NCBI RefSeq assembly: GCF_006345805.1
Contig: NC_042997.1
Coordinates: 212,970,001-213,034,000, forward strand
Direction of reading: 5' to 3'
From: Octopus sinensis
Taxonomy: Eukaryota
Length of the DNA: 64,000 nt
The notes beneath the pieces are model-generated. The model was not told the origin of the DNA. It was given only the letters and a program-made list of their open reading frames with translations, and did no database searches. Shown here in pieces: positions 12,209 through 24,452 of this stretch. How positions within the stretch are numbered: the stretch's first letter is position 1; every line of letters starts with the position of its first letter. Position numbers and translations under genes: made by a program.

Positions 12209-13609
12209 CGATTCTCACACAATATTTCTAAGATTATTGAGATATTTGTTCATCTTTTATCTAGAGAGTATTAGATGTAAGAAAAAGAAGAGCACCATTC
12301 TCTCTAAATTGATATTACATGTGGAGTTTTGCAGGCAGCTGATTTCGTTTTCAGCTGCATATGATTATCTTTAAAATAATTCAAAGAATTTTATGCTTTC
12401 ATTCAATCTGATGCAATTGTACGAATAATTTTTAACCAATGTTGATTAAAATTTCGGATTTCATTTGATTGTGAAAGAGAAATTACAAAATTTGCTGCTT
12501 TTTTATAATTACCATTGCAAAGAAAATACAAGAATTTACAGAAACCTCTTGAGTGATGGCCATGCTAACACAGCTTGATGCTGTTAATATTCTGTTTGAA
12601 TTTGGTTTTGTAGAATGTTTTAAAGAAATAAATGTTTGGAGAAATGCCAATATTTTATATGCAAGTTGGAAAGATCCAGAATAATTTTCCTAGTTTTACA
12701 TTGAAGCTGTTAAGTTATTCTACCATAATTGCTTAATTATCTTCTGCATCCCATTTGGATCTGCTTCATTCTAGTAGTCATTCACTTAAAGAATTATAAA
12801 ACAAATACCATTATTTGATATAATTCTCACTTTGGTAATTCTCATTTATGATACGGAAATGCATTCTTCGTTATCAATATTTTGTTTCTTCCGGTTGTGA
12901 ACATTTATAAAACTTATAAGATATCTCTGTTTAGTCAATGTCTTTATCAAAATGGACATCAAATATAAATGGTAATTCTTTGACTTATATTTCATGATTT
13001 AATTGTATCTCATTGTATCAATTCATTCTTTTGACACAACTAAATATTGATTATTTGCAAAACAGATTAATATTTGAATACGAAAAGACGATAAAATATG
13101 AAGCTTGAGTAAAGCATTTATCTTAAAACTGAATGTGTCTTTTATGTTTTTTGCCTAAACTCTGAAATTTAGACCAATTCATTCCAATAAATAAGAAACT
13201 AATTGGTCTAGACTCATGAATAGCAATTAGAAGAATATGATAAATAGGTATTCATTTTTCATTCAAGATATTCTTGGTTCTACAGATTCTCAGTAAATGA
13301 TTCAACTGAATTAGTATTCTTACAATAGGAATGGTGTCGAGATACCATTCTCTGGTGCATAAACTCTACTTGGTCTATGTTGTACATTTATAAATTTTCT
13401 CTGATTGCTATAACCATTCCACATTTGGAAAACAGCATCAAAACCTGTCTGGCTCCAACAAAAAAACTGATTGTAAATATTCTTCAATTTATTACAGGGG
13501 TTTGTGAATAAAGACCTTTCAGCTTTGAGAGTATTCTAAGGGACTAATTATTGCTTTTGTAACAGTTCCTTATTAGTTTCAAATGTTGCACAAGACCAGC
13601 AATTTTAGA

Positions 13610-13785
13610 GGATGGGTGAGTTGATTGCATCAACCCAAGTGTTCAGCTGGTACTTACTTTATTGACCCTGAACAGATGAAAGGCAAAGTCTCAATGGAAT
13701 TTGAACTCAGAATGTAGAACCAGAAGAAATGTCACTAAACATTTTGCCTGGAATGCTAACGGCTCTGATAGCTTGTTGCCTTTAG
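13610..13785 (-). mobile_element. tRNA-derived SINE family A, diverged
   Basis: ggtacttactttattgaccctgaacagatgaaaggcaaagtc...ggaatttgaactcagaatg matches the copies at 4213 and 35270. Confidence 0.75.
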
Positions 13786-13794
13786 TTCCTTAGG

Positions 13795-14030
13795 CACAGG
13801 TGTGGCTGTGTGGTTAAAAAGCTTGCTTCCCAACCACATGGTTCTGGGTTCAGTCCCACTGTGTGGTACCTTGTACTATAGCCTCAGGCCAACCAAAGCC
13901 TTGTGAGTGGATTTGGTAGATGGAAACTGAAAGAAGCCAATCGTATGTGTGTGTGTGTGTGTATTTGTGTGTTTGTGTCTGTGTTTGATCCATCACCATC
14001 ACTTGACAACCAAACAACAAATAAACATGT
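13795..14030 (+). mobile_element. tRNA-head CORE-type SINE (family B), 3' truncated
   Basis: gtggctgtgtggttaaaaagcttgcttcccaaccacatggttctgggttcagtcccactg...gtgagtggatttggtagatggaaactgaaagaagcc, shared with 33679. Confidence 0.8.
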
Positions 14031-14369
14031 AGTAGACAGGTGTTTTATGTAAATTATTGGTTCTGGTAATTGTATCCCATTATTGTCAGGGTTACACTTG
14101 GCTTCAGCACCATTACGCATCAGTAAACATGGATCGTTTTAATAAAATAAATTAATTGGTTTTGTAAATTTTTGTGTCTTCATGGGGAAAAGCTCTCACT
14201 CATGATTCAACATTAAAATTTTATTCAATATACTGATGTAATTTTGTGGTAAGAAGCTTGCTTCCCAAGCATATAGTTCTGTATGGCACTTTGGGCAAGT
14301 GTCCTCTGCAAAACCCTCAGCCAAGAACAGCCAAGAACAGCCAATGAGAGAGAATAAACCCTACTCCGT

Positions 14370-15226
14370 ATGGAATTACATGGTCAGTTCCACTGTGGAA
14401 CCAACAAATTAAAAGACCAGGGAGCATCATGGAGGTGGCTCCAGAAGAGTGACCTAAACAAGAATACTGAAAGCCTAATCGTTGTGGCCCTCAAATCATA
14501 CCAACTCGGTGAAAAAGAATATATACCACACCAGTGCTTTGGACCTCTGCAGAATGTGTAGGAAGAGGGTCGAAAGTGTGACTCACATTGTTAGTTTTGT
14601 AAAAGTCTTGTGCAGAAAGAGTACAAACGTAAACACGACAAGATAGCCGAAAACCACCACTGGCTACTATGCCGTAAGTATGGATATGAGGTTACGGGTG
14701 CTTGATATCAACATACACTGGAAACGGTAATGGATGAAAAGGGGAAGGCAAAAATCTTTTGGGGCTTTGATTTCCAGACAGACGAAGTGTCAGAGCACCA
14801 AAGGCCAGACATAGTAACCTTTAGGAGGGACAAAGAAAAATGTTTAATAATTGATGTAGCAGTACCAGGAGATCAACACATCATCATGAAAGAAAGAGAA
14901 AAGGTTGATAAATACGGAGAGCTGAGAATTGAGATTGCTAAGATGTGGCAGGTACAAGAGTCGAACATAAAGGTTATTCCTATTGTCATCGGAGTATTGG
15001 GTTCAATACCACCCAGTCTGAAAAAATACATCTGAAAACTTTAGAAAAAACCCTACAATCTAGATATATTGCAGAAGTCGGCATTACTTGGAACAGCACG
15101 CATATTGCATAAAGTACTGTTGGCCTGAGGTCCTTGTTGTGACTTGACAAACACTGCAAACCCCCGGAAGACACAATATCTTCAATCAACAACCTCACGA
15201 TATTGTATACTGTGCAACGTCTATAA
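14370..15226 (+). mobile_element. R4/Dong-like non-LTR retrotransposon 3' part (CCHC + restriction-like endonuclease), decayed
   Basis: Frameshifted ...RHDKIA..HW.LCRKYG; ORF 14730-15035 contains QTDEVSEHQRPDIV...LIIDVAVPGD...KEREKVDKY (REL domain). Followed directly by (AAT)n. Confidence 0.85.
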
Positions 15227-15230
15227 TAAC

Positions 15231-15289
<59 letters not shown>

Positions 15290-15310
15290 TAATAATAATA
15301 ATAATAATAA
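15227..15310. repeat. (AAT)n microsatellite
   Basis: Direct reading. Confidence 0.95.
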
Positions 15311-15439
15311 ATGCCCTGATGCAGTACCAGGCAGTGGCTCTCATAGCTTCTGATCTTAACTGATTGGAAGTGTTATCATGTACATTATTTTGTTTTGGTA
15401 TAAAAGATGGGCTTCAGCAAATATTCTGCTCAATACCAT

Positions 15440-15760
15440 AGCAGTGTGTGTGGTTTCAAAATAACAGAAAGGTTGCATGGCCATGAACCAGAGTGTGTAA
15501 CAGAGAATTACAAGTCATATGAGATTTCCCCACAGAGATTGATCGTAGTAACAGGACAAAATAAGATCAATCATTGACCTTGCAATTCCCTGATAGCAGA
15601 GTCAATTTCAAAGACTTGAGAAATATGAAGATCTAGCCAAGGGACTGAAGAGAGAATGGAAGACGAAGTCAATTATTCCTGTGGTAATTGGTGCACTTGG
15701 CACAGCACACAAAATGATACCTAAAAGACTGAAAGATATTGGAAAATATACATTTCCGTA
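15440..15760 (+). mobile_element. Second, highly decayed R4/Dong-like REL fragment
   Basis: ...IIDLAIP.DSRV..K.LEKYEDLAKGLKREW...VIPVVIGALGT recognisable across frames. Confidence 0.6.
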
Positions 15761-15779
15761 TATATTTCATGTTGGGGCA

Positions 15780-16143
15780 AGCGAAATCAAAATCGAATTG
15801 AACCAGCCAGGATCCCTGGACTGGTGGTACGTAAAGAGCACTATCCGACTCGTGGCCGATGCCAGCGCCGCCTCGACTGGCTTCCGTGCCGGTGGCACGT
15901 AAAATACACCAATCCGACCATGGCCGTTGCCAGCCTCGCCTGGCACCTGTGCAGGTGGCACGTAAAAAGCACCCACTACACTCACGGAGTGGTTGGCGTT
16001 AGGAAGGGCATCCAGCTGTAGAAACATTGCCAGATAAGACTGGAGCCTGGTGCAGCCTTCTGGCTTCCCAGATCCCCGGCCGAACCGTCCAACCCATGCT
16101 AGCAAGGAGAACGGACGTAAAACGATGATGATGATGATGATGA
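15780..16143 (+). mobile_element. RTE LINE 3' UTR copy with (ATG)n tail
   Basis: ggcacgtaaaaagcacccactacactcacggagtggttggcgttaggaagggcatccagc...ggacgtaaaacgatgatgatg. Confidence 0.85.
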
Positions 16144-16599
16144 TATTTCCTGCCAGCCAAAACAGACTGATTATGAAAAGCAGAACTAACTTGTGCAAAT
16201 GAATCATAAGGAAATTTAGAAAAAATGAATGAGGATATTCCAGGCAGACTCACTATCTCCATTATTTTCCATGACTGCATTAATCCTTCTGACAAGTATA
16301 TTGAGAAAATCCAGTAATATGCTTCAATAATATGGTCAATCCTTATGGCTAAATCCCATAAAATCCTTTAATCCTTCTTCTCTATCACAGCCTTTCGTTC
16401 AACCAGTTTTCTTTTACTTTAAATCCAAGGATGCATAATTTTGTCAATAAACTGATTTTCAAAGAATATGGAATCTTAGTTGTTCTTTGCTTCTTTCTAA
16501 TTTTCCTGAGGCAGTTATCATTGTTGTTCTACCTCACCTGTTTCCATTGCTCTATGTAGAGGTTTTCTTTCGCTTTTCTTCTTTCTTGCTTTCACCAAT

Positions 16600-17215
16600 A
16601 GTTGTAGGTTTTCATCTGCAGCTATCTTTTTTCCAGAAAGCTCTGTATTCAGCTCTCATTCTCTAAACCCATCATACGCTCCAACCAACATAAACTTGTC
16701 TCTTGCACACCACATCTGTTCCTCTTATATCCAGTCTTTTGGGGGTTTTGTTTTCTCAGCTCCGGTTCATTCCATTGCAAATATCACACATCCAGTGAGC
16801 ATATTTTCTTCATTTCTTTCTCGTCTTTGCACCTCTTTTGAATTAAAGGCCCACATTTTTCTCCCATGCAGCATTAAACTCAGTATACAAGAATCATACA
16901 ATCTGACTTTCGTTCAGATGGAAAAGCCCTTCATTGCCTCCAAAGGTTAACGGACCCCCTAAATTTTCCCAACTCATTCTAGCTATTCACGCTACTGTGC
17001 TTCAGAACACCCAGATCCACAACTCATCAGGTCAACCTGGGAATAAAGTTATTGACTGCTCAGAGGAAGCTATCCAGGCAATTGAAAGGAGAATGGATTT
17101 CCTAAACTTCCTTACTGTACATTTGCTTCTTTTTCTGTCAGATTCCTTGTAATCCCACCATACTTTTTGTGGGCCCTGCATGGAAATCCAAACGCCTTTT
17201 CTGTACATCAACCAC
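16600..17215 (-). mobile_element. Decayed RTE LINE RT C-terminal region
   Basis: Reverse complement aligns to the RTE segment at 23330-23720 (gatgtggtgtgcaagagac, ctagaatgagttgggaaaattt). Confidence 0.65.
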
Positions 17216-17628
17216 AATAATTTTTTTAATGGTATAAGCTTTTATTAACTAAAACTTCAGTATTATAATGTAATTATGTCATTAAATCTAATCCTTATTA
17301 AATTTAATTTCATGCACTAAATGAAATACAGAAATAGAATATAACAGATTCTATGAGGACTTCAATGTTTAAGGCAGTGGCATTGGTTTTGTGGTTTCAT
17401 GAGTTTTTAGAAGCAGCAAACAAGGTCCTTCCAAGATGCTATCATCTGACTGAAGCTATTCTCATACCAAAGTTGCACCTCTTTACGGTAAAAGACTTAA
17501 TATTTCAAGAAATTAAATAATTGAGAAATAAAATACCCAGAGACACCAACCATAAAAAAACTAACAGCAAAGTTAATATTAACATATTTAATGCAGTGGT
17601 GAACCTTATATATTCAATGTTAACACTT

Positions 17629-17965
17629 CATCATCATCATCATCATCGTTTAGCGTCCGCTTTCCATGCTAGCATGGGTTGGACGGTTCAACTGGGGTCT
17701 GGAAAGCCAGAAGGCTGCACCAGACCCAGTCTGATCTGGCAATGTTTCTACGGCTGGATGCCCTTCCTAATGCCAACCACTCCGTGAGTGTAGTGGGTGC
17801 TTTTTACATGCCACCTGCACAGGTGCCAGACGAGGGTGGCAAACGGCCACAATCAGATGGTGTTCTTTACGTGCCACCGGCATGGGGGCCAGGCGAGGCT
17901 GGAAATGGCTACAATCGGATGGTGCTTTTTACGTGCCACCAGCATGAGGCCAGTCAGGGCAATGC
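17629..17965 (-). mobile_element. RTE LINE 3' UTR copy
   Basis: (CAT)n-cgtttagcgtccgctttccatgctagcatgggttggacgg family sequence. Confidence 0.85.
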
Positions 17966-18102
17966 AGTAATCATCACAGTTAACACAAACTTAACTATTG
18001 CTTTTTTATGTAGATGACATCCCTGAGGAAGCAATTAACTTTTAGTGATTTATTTTTTTAATTTAATAATAACCCACACCAGCTACACAAGTGCTGTACC
18101 AT

Positions 18103-18385
18103 ATTATATATAAAAAATACAAAATGGGATAAGAATGCAAAACATCCAAATAGACGATGCAAAATACATGGTCGGGTTATTCAAAGCCTTTAATCTTCAG
18201 TCAAGAACCGGATCATCCTCGCAATTTCAGCTGATTAATCTTAAGATTGCTCCAATCTGGCCAGCCCCAAGGAAAAACTAAGCTTAAAGATTAAAGGCTT
18301 CAAATGACTTGTCCATGTTTTTTGTATTGTCTATTTGGATGTTTTGCGTTCTTGTCCCATTTTGTATTTTTTATACATATATATA
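18103..18385. mobile_element. Non-autonomous element with ~90-bp terminal inverted arms in a (TA)n context
   Basis: aaaaatacaaaatgggataagaatgcaaaacatccaaatagac...aagcctttaatctt pairs with aagattaaaggctt...gtctatttggatgttttgcgttcttgtcccattttgtattttt. Confidence 0.7.
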
Positions 18386-18467
18386 TAGCGGTGTACGTAC
18401 ACTTTGTTACCATATTATACATACATATCTAAAATAGTATTAAATATATCGAGTAAATGTTGTTGTC

Positions 18468-18743
18468 CAGTGGTTCCCAAAATAGGCCATATTGCACCCC
18501 CTGGGGTGCGATGGATAGTTCCAAGGGGATGTTGAAGGAATGTGGGGTGACAATAGGGTAGTGTTTCATACAAAAACAACAAAATAACGGGTTTGTTAGG
18601 TTAAGTATTATTTGTGAAATACAATTGTTTTGAATTTGCTTCAGAAAGAGATCTATGTTTGTGATGGTTAGTTGGGATGGAGGCGCTAGGAATGTGGCCT
18701 GGTGTCAAGGGGGCGGCAGCCTGAAAATGTTTGGGAACCACTG
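18468..18743. mobile_element. hAT-superfamily MITE
   Basis: TIR cagtggttcccaaa / tttgggaaccactg; perfect 8-bp TSD ttgttgtc. Confidence 0.92.
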
Positions 18744-19053
18744 TTGTTGTCTTTTCCTCACTGCATAATTAGATATTTATGATTTGCAACATTAAATAAG
18801 TTAAATCCAACCTAAGCATTGTGTTGCCCTAAACAGCTGCCTCGTAAAAGAATCACTGTAGTAGACATTACATGTTTAAAGCCAATCCCTGCCACGGTTT
18901 CTCTTTCTTAAACACCGAATCTCATTCAAAACACAAGAAGAAGGATACAACAAACCATTACAATGGTTTCTGTTTCTGCTTCAGTTGATAATCAGTCCAT
19001 TCAACAACGAAGAGGGTCAGACATTTCTGAATAGAGTCTTTGTCGTTGCTCAC

Positions 19054-19152
19054 CTTGTCAAAGCAGTTGAATATTCTCATTCTCGATTCTTAATGACCAT
19101 TTCTCTCCATGGATTTGATGCTTTTCACTTTTGAAATTTCAAATTCCAATCA
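19054..19152 (-). CDS. Candidate start-codon exon (UTR + MRIFNCFDK)
   Basis: Acceptor gagatttcag|, strong donor AAG|gtgagc. ATG at 19080 preceded by an in-frame TAA; ends in phase 0, matching the 50-nt array exon. Two short upstream ORFs weaken the call. Confidence 0.3.
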
Positions 19153-19347
19153 CTGAAATCTCTTTTATTACAGTTAATTGAATGTCATTTGAAGATATGG
19201 AGAAAATTATACAAGATTGCCAATAATTGACTTCGATAGGAAATAGATAAATTCTGTAGTGATCAATTGTCCGTTAAATGGAAAGAAAATTTCCTTGAGA
19301 ACCTAATAAGGATTTTTAGTTTTTGTCAGTTTAATTTTGATTACAAT

Positions 19348-19349
<2 letters not shown>

Positions 19350-19415
<66 letters not shown>

Positions 19416-19565
19416 TTCTGACCATCATTAGGTGGAAATCTCATCATATTGTTTATATATAAAAATGTTTTGGGGAGGAAAAAATGGCAGAAACATGTAT
19501 GAAACAGGATGAAATTGCAGAGAAATGCTTATAATATTTATGACTTCCATCAGGAGCAAGCACGT

Positions 19566-19646
<81 letters not shown>
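19350..19646. repeat. (CT)n 19350-19416 and (CA)n 19566-19646 microsatellites
   Basis: Direct reading. Confidence 0.95.
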
Positions 19647-19647
<1 letters not shown>

Positions 19648-20592
19648 TTATACAAAACACAAAGGCAGCATGCATATGTTGTATGTCAGATTCTGTATCC
19701 TGCCGCAGACGTATGAATGGTATCAAACTCTCATGACCATCATGGAATATAACCAAGAGAATAAAAAAAAAAGATAAACTTGCAAGAAAGAGAAAAAGAA
19801 ATTGACAAAATCCAAGCACCATGATTAAAGTTAAATGGTGACTAAAGTTGTTGGCTTGGTTCACTCTGTGTTGATAACCAACAAAACTGATCGGTTAGTA
19901 ATTTAGGAATTTGATTTCTTGTATTTTTTATAAACCAAATGTTTTTGAAAGTTGTAAAAGACTGGGAATTCCAATAAGAAGCGAGAAATGTGACTATTTC
20001 AGTAAAGTCAAGCAATGAACCAAACAAAATATCAATTCTTAGATTTTCCAGTTCTTTACAAATATCATAGCTTCACAAGAAGTCAGTATTTGTATGACAT
20101 GAGCTGACATTGATTAAACAGTCTCAGGGTATTACTGGTATTTATTTACAAAGGCAAAAAGCAAATCCAACTGTCATAAGGCTTGAACCACGATACAATT
20201 AACAAATGAAATATGTTTATAATACAAATAAATTAGTGATGGTCTGTGATGATTATTGGAGGCTGTTAACAAAATAGGTTGATTGCCATGAGGTCAGGGA
20301 CAGTTCTGACATTTAAAGAAGGATCGTTCTTTGAAGATATTAGTCTTAACAACTTTTCTTGAAGTACAAATAAAAAACTGCATCATTATTTTGGCCTGAA
20401 ATGTTTAAGTCCCAACCAGCAAGAACTGGCAGATTGCTTTCAAATTGTCTTTCTTCTTTTCTTGTTTTTTTTTTCCTCTTTCTGGCCAAGACTCCAGGGA
20501 TTCACCACATGCACATGCTTGCACACACATACATACATACACAGTTATGCACACATATGTGTGCCCACATATATATCCATATATATATATAT

Positions 20593-21200
20593 CATCATCA
20601 TCATCATCATCATCATTTAACGTCCGCTTTCCATGCTAGCATGAGTTGGACGATTTGACTGAGGGCTGGCGAACCAGATGGCTGCACCAGGCTCCAATCT
20701 TGATCTGGCAGAGTTTCTACAGCTTGATGCCCTTCCTAACGCCAACCACTCAGAGAGTGTAGTGGGTGCTTTTTACATGCCACTGGCATGAGGGCCAGTT
20801 TGGTGGTACTGGCAATGGCCATGCCCAAATGGTGCTTTTTATGTGCCACCTGCACAGGAGCCAGTCCAGCGGCACTGGCAATGACCTCGCTCAAATGGTA
20901 CCTCATACGTGTCACTGGCATGGTTGCCTCTTACGTGTCACTGGCATGGGTGCCTCTTACGTGTCCCTAGCACAGGCCACAACCATGATTCATTTGGCTT
21001 GATGTGTCTTCTCAAGCACAGCAAATCACCAAAGGTCTCAGTCACTTGTCAACAGCCCCATGATGCTCAACACCTGAAGATTATGCTTCACCACATTGTC
21101 CATGTCTTCCTGGATCTTCCTCTTCCACAAATTCTCTCCACAGTTAGAGATAAGCACTTTGAAAGTGTGACATTGCACTTGGCCCTCTGGCCAATAACTG
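20593..21200 (-). mobile_element. RTE LINE 3' fragment
   Basis: (CAT)n tail, family 3' UTR with internal tandem subrepeats (acgtgtcactggcatgg), then the C-terminal coding remnant (ccatgtcttcctgg...cacagttagaga). Confidence 0.8.
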
Positions 21201-21594
21201 ATGAGGATTTGAGGACCTTCTGTGTCTGTTTTCCATTTGTTTGTGCATTTTATTATATGTTTTTTAAACTTTTATATATATGCATATATGCACACTTATA
21301 ACTGTATAAATTCACACACACACACATACACACACACACATCTGAAGAGTATAAAGGCAAAGTTGACCCCAATAATATTTGAACTTGGAGTACAGAGGTC
21401 CAGAATAACACAAGGTATGAGACACCCTAACCACTCAGTAAATTATCAAACTTTGGCAGGAAGCAAATTGTAATTTCCTATTTATCCCAATGATATTTTT
21501 GGATGTATAACAGTTTGAAGTTAAACCTTGTTTAGTGCTGGTTTGTGGAGAAATCTTTTTAGGCTTTGCCTCCCTTGGACACACAAAGATCTGT

Positions 21595-21980
21595 TGAGGC
21601 AAGCGAAGTCAATATCGAACCTCATCCGATGACAGGCACCTATGCCAACCTCCCTTTGCTTGCGAAGACCTGTTGGGGCAAGTGAAATCGGAATCGAAGT
21701 TGAACCAATCCTATGACTGGCACCCGGCAGATGCCAGGACCCCTGGACTGGAGATATGTAAAAAGCACTATCCGAATCATGGCACCAGCCTCGCCTGGCA
21801 CCAGTGCAGGTGGCATGTAAAAAGCACCCACTACACTCACGGAGTGGTTGGCGTTAGGAAGGGCATCCAGCTGAAGAAACTCTGCCAGATAAGACCGGAG
21901 CCTGGTGCAGCCTTCTGGCTTCCCAGATCCCCGGTCGAACCGTCCAACCCAGCTAGCATGGAGAACGGACGTTAAACGAT
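21595..21980 (+). mobile_element. RTE LINE 3' UTR copy
   Basis: Family sequence ending ggacgttaaacgatgatgatg. Confidence 0.85.
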
Positions 21981-22603
21981 GATGATGATGATGATGATGA
22001 AGTCACCAACAATGCAGAGTAGAAGCATTGTGAGGTTCTGCCAGAGTCACATCTCAACAGCTGCTTCATCAGGTTTCATCTCACTATTTACAAAGTTGTA
22101 GTAATTGCATCAGAGATAGGAATTTTATTCTCCAAGCAATTACTACTCTGTGTGTGCATGTGTGTGTGTGTGGTTATGTGTGTGTGCATGTGTAAATGTA
22201 TAAAGTAACAGAATATAACTTAAGCCATTCAACTTAATCCAAATATCTATATAAACCCAGAATAATCATCAGCTACATTTGTTTTATTAACATTTCAAAC
22301 AGGTTTCCTGCAATGTTTACTTGCAACCTCTCACTTGCAATGCTGAAATGAATGTTTATAAGCCTTCAACAAACTTAATAAGCTGGGCATATTTGTTCTT
22401 AAATAAAAGGGACATAGTTTTAAATATGTATAGAGAGATTCCTTTCAGTTTTGGAGGGAAAATAGCTGAAGTGTAAATATTTTATGATGCTTTGTCATTA
22501 TGAACAAACAAGATATTTTCAACAATGATTTAAGCAGTCAAATTTTTGAATGAATAATTTTAATAGTCAAAAATAATTCGAAAAATAAAACTACCTTCTT
22601 TTG

Positions 22604-22639
<36 letters not shown>

Positions 22640-22964
22640 TAATCCAAACATGATAACACAAGGAGAAAACACAACAATGCAAGGATGTGGAACAAGTATA
22701 GTATTATTGGATGCTCAGGAAAGAAGGAAAGAAGGAGGGTTTAACTTTTCAAGCGGAGCTCTTTCCATGCTGTAATTGTTGTATATATTTTTATATATAT
22801 ATACAACAATTGCAGCATGGAAGGCGTCTGTAAGCCATTTAAAAACACACAAAAACCATTAGATTCACTTCAACATCTAAATTTAATTTGCCAAAATATT
22901 TCCAGCGCTTTGAGACCACAACCTGTTCACTGACAAAATTCCACACGGAACTTCCTCCTCCACT

Positions 22965-23270
22965 GCTAACTTGGTCACCTAAATAACAGAAGCTATATGC
23001 TTCCTCTAAGAATCTTCCTGGACATTTGATGGAGTCTGTTCTCTGTACATTCTTAGTGCTTATTGTATGTGTACATCTACCACACACAAAGACAACTTTC
23101 TTTGTTACCCTTCCTCTGGTATTGCTGCACCTCTTATGTGTCCATAGCTTGCACAGGGTACATCTTATGGAGATTCTACAGATGCCTTTTCTACATATTA
23201 AAGGATTTGTGATTTGTCTATTTTCCTACTTACTAAGACTTTGGTCTTTGCTAAACTTTCATGTCCAGTA
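22965..23270 (-). mobile_element. RTE LINE fragment including Cys-rich (PHD-like) segment
   Basis: Minus: C.LC.LW.HKRCS.......FVCGRCT...DSIKCPG..LEEAYSFCYLGDQVSSGGG. Confidence 0.7.
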
Positions 23271-23274
23271 GATG

Positions 23275-24452
23275 CACAGGGGCAGCAAACACCACAGTTG
23301 CTCAGAAAACAGATTCCACCACATTCCAGGGGTAAAAACTAGAAGTAGTTGATAGCTTTCGCTACCTAGGTGACCAAGTCTGCAGTGGGGGCGGATGCTC
23401 AGAGAGTGTTACCACTAGAATAAGAATAGCCTGGCCAAAGTTTAGAAAGCTTCTACCCCTACAGGTGACAAAGGGCCTCAGAGTGAAAGGAAGATTGTAT
23501 GATGCAGGTGTGCGAACTGCCGTGCCTCACAGCAGTGAAACATGGCTGTGGCTGCAGAGGACATGCATAGGCTTGAAAGAAGTGAAGCTAGCATGATCCA
23601 CTGGATGTGTAATGACAGTGTCCATGAATGACAAAGTGTAAGCGCCCTGAGAGAAATGTTGGACATAGGAAGCATCAGATGTGGTGTGCAAGGGAGACGT
23701 CTGCACTGATATGGTCATGTACTATGGATGGATGAGGAGAGATGTGTGAAGAAGTGCCACTCCCAAACAGTGGAAGGAACCCGTGATATAGGGAAACCCA
23801 GGAAGACATGGGATGAGGTGGTGAAGCATGACCTTTGAACATTGAGCCTCACAGAGGCAATGACAAAAGACTGAGACCTCTGGAGATATACTGTGACTGT
23901 GAAGACTCAGCAAATAAAGTGAGACCGCAGCTGTAACCTACACCAGTGTCGCATAATCAGCCCACTCAAAAAAGTACCTTTGGATCATAGGATGACATGC
24001 TGTGCTTGAGGAAACCTATGGAGTCAAGTAAAATCAAAATCAAAATCAAATCAAACCACAATCAAATGGAAATTGTAGTTGTGACAAATCCAGTGTCACC
24101 TTTCTGGCTCCCCGTGCTGGTGGCATGTAAAAAGCACTATCCGAACATGGCTGATGCTAGTGCCACCTTGACCAGCTCCCATGCCAGTGGTATGTAAAAA
24201 CACCCTCCAAATATGGTCGATGCCAGCCCCCTCTGGCCCCTGTGCCAGTGCCACATAAACAGCACCCACTACACTTTCAGAGTGGTTGGTGTTAGGAAGG
24301 GCATCCAGCTGTAGAAACATTGCCAGATCAGATTAGAGCCTGGTGTAGCCTCCTTGCTTCCCAGACCCCTGTCAAACTGTCCAACCCATGCCAGTATGGA
24401 AAACGGCATCATCATCATCATCATGTTAAACGATGATGATGATGATGATGAT
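23275..24452 (+). mobile_element. RTE LINE 3' ~1.2 kb, decayed ORF plus 3' UTR and tail
   Basis: LEVVDSFRYLGDQV.SGGGCSE...RIRIAW.KF...R L.WYGHV..MDEERCVKKCH...GKPRKTWDEVVKHDL; ends in (GAT)n. Confidence 0.85.

Noticed and set aside
12209-13580. Endogenous RNA-virus L gene or alternative-genetic-code ORF
   Set aside because: About 29 stops in ~455 codons in the best-looking frame, close to random for this AT content; all three stop types occur and there is no recognisable polymerase motif.
22763-22822. 25-bp-stem hairpin as a structured RNA
   Set aside because: More simply explained as adjacent inverted termini of TA-anchored repeat elements.
22965-23400. Twin-priming inversion of one RTE insertion
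   Set aside because: The opposite-strand pieces overlap by >100 bp of consensus and are diverged, so they are two separate copies.
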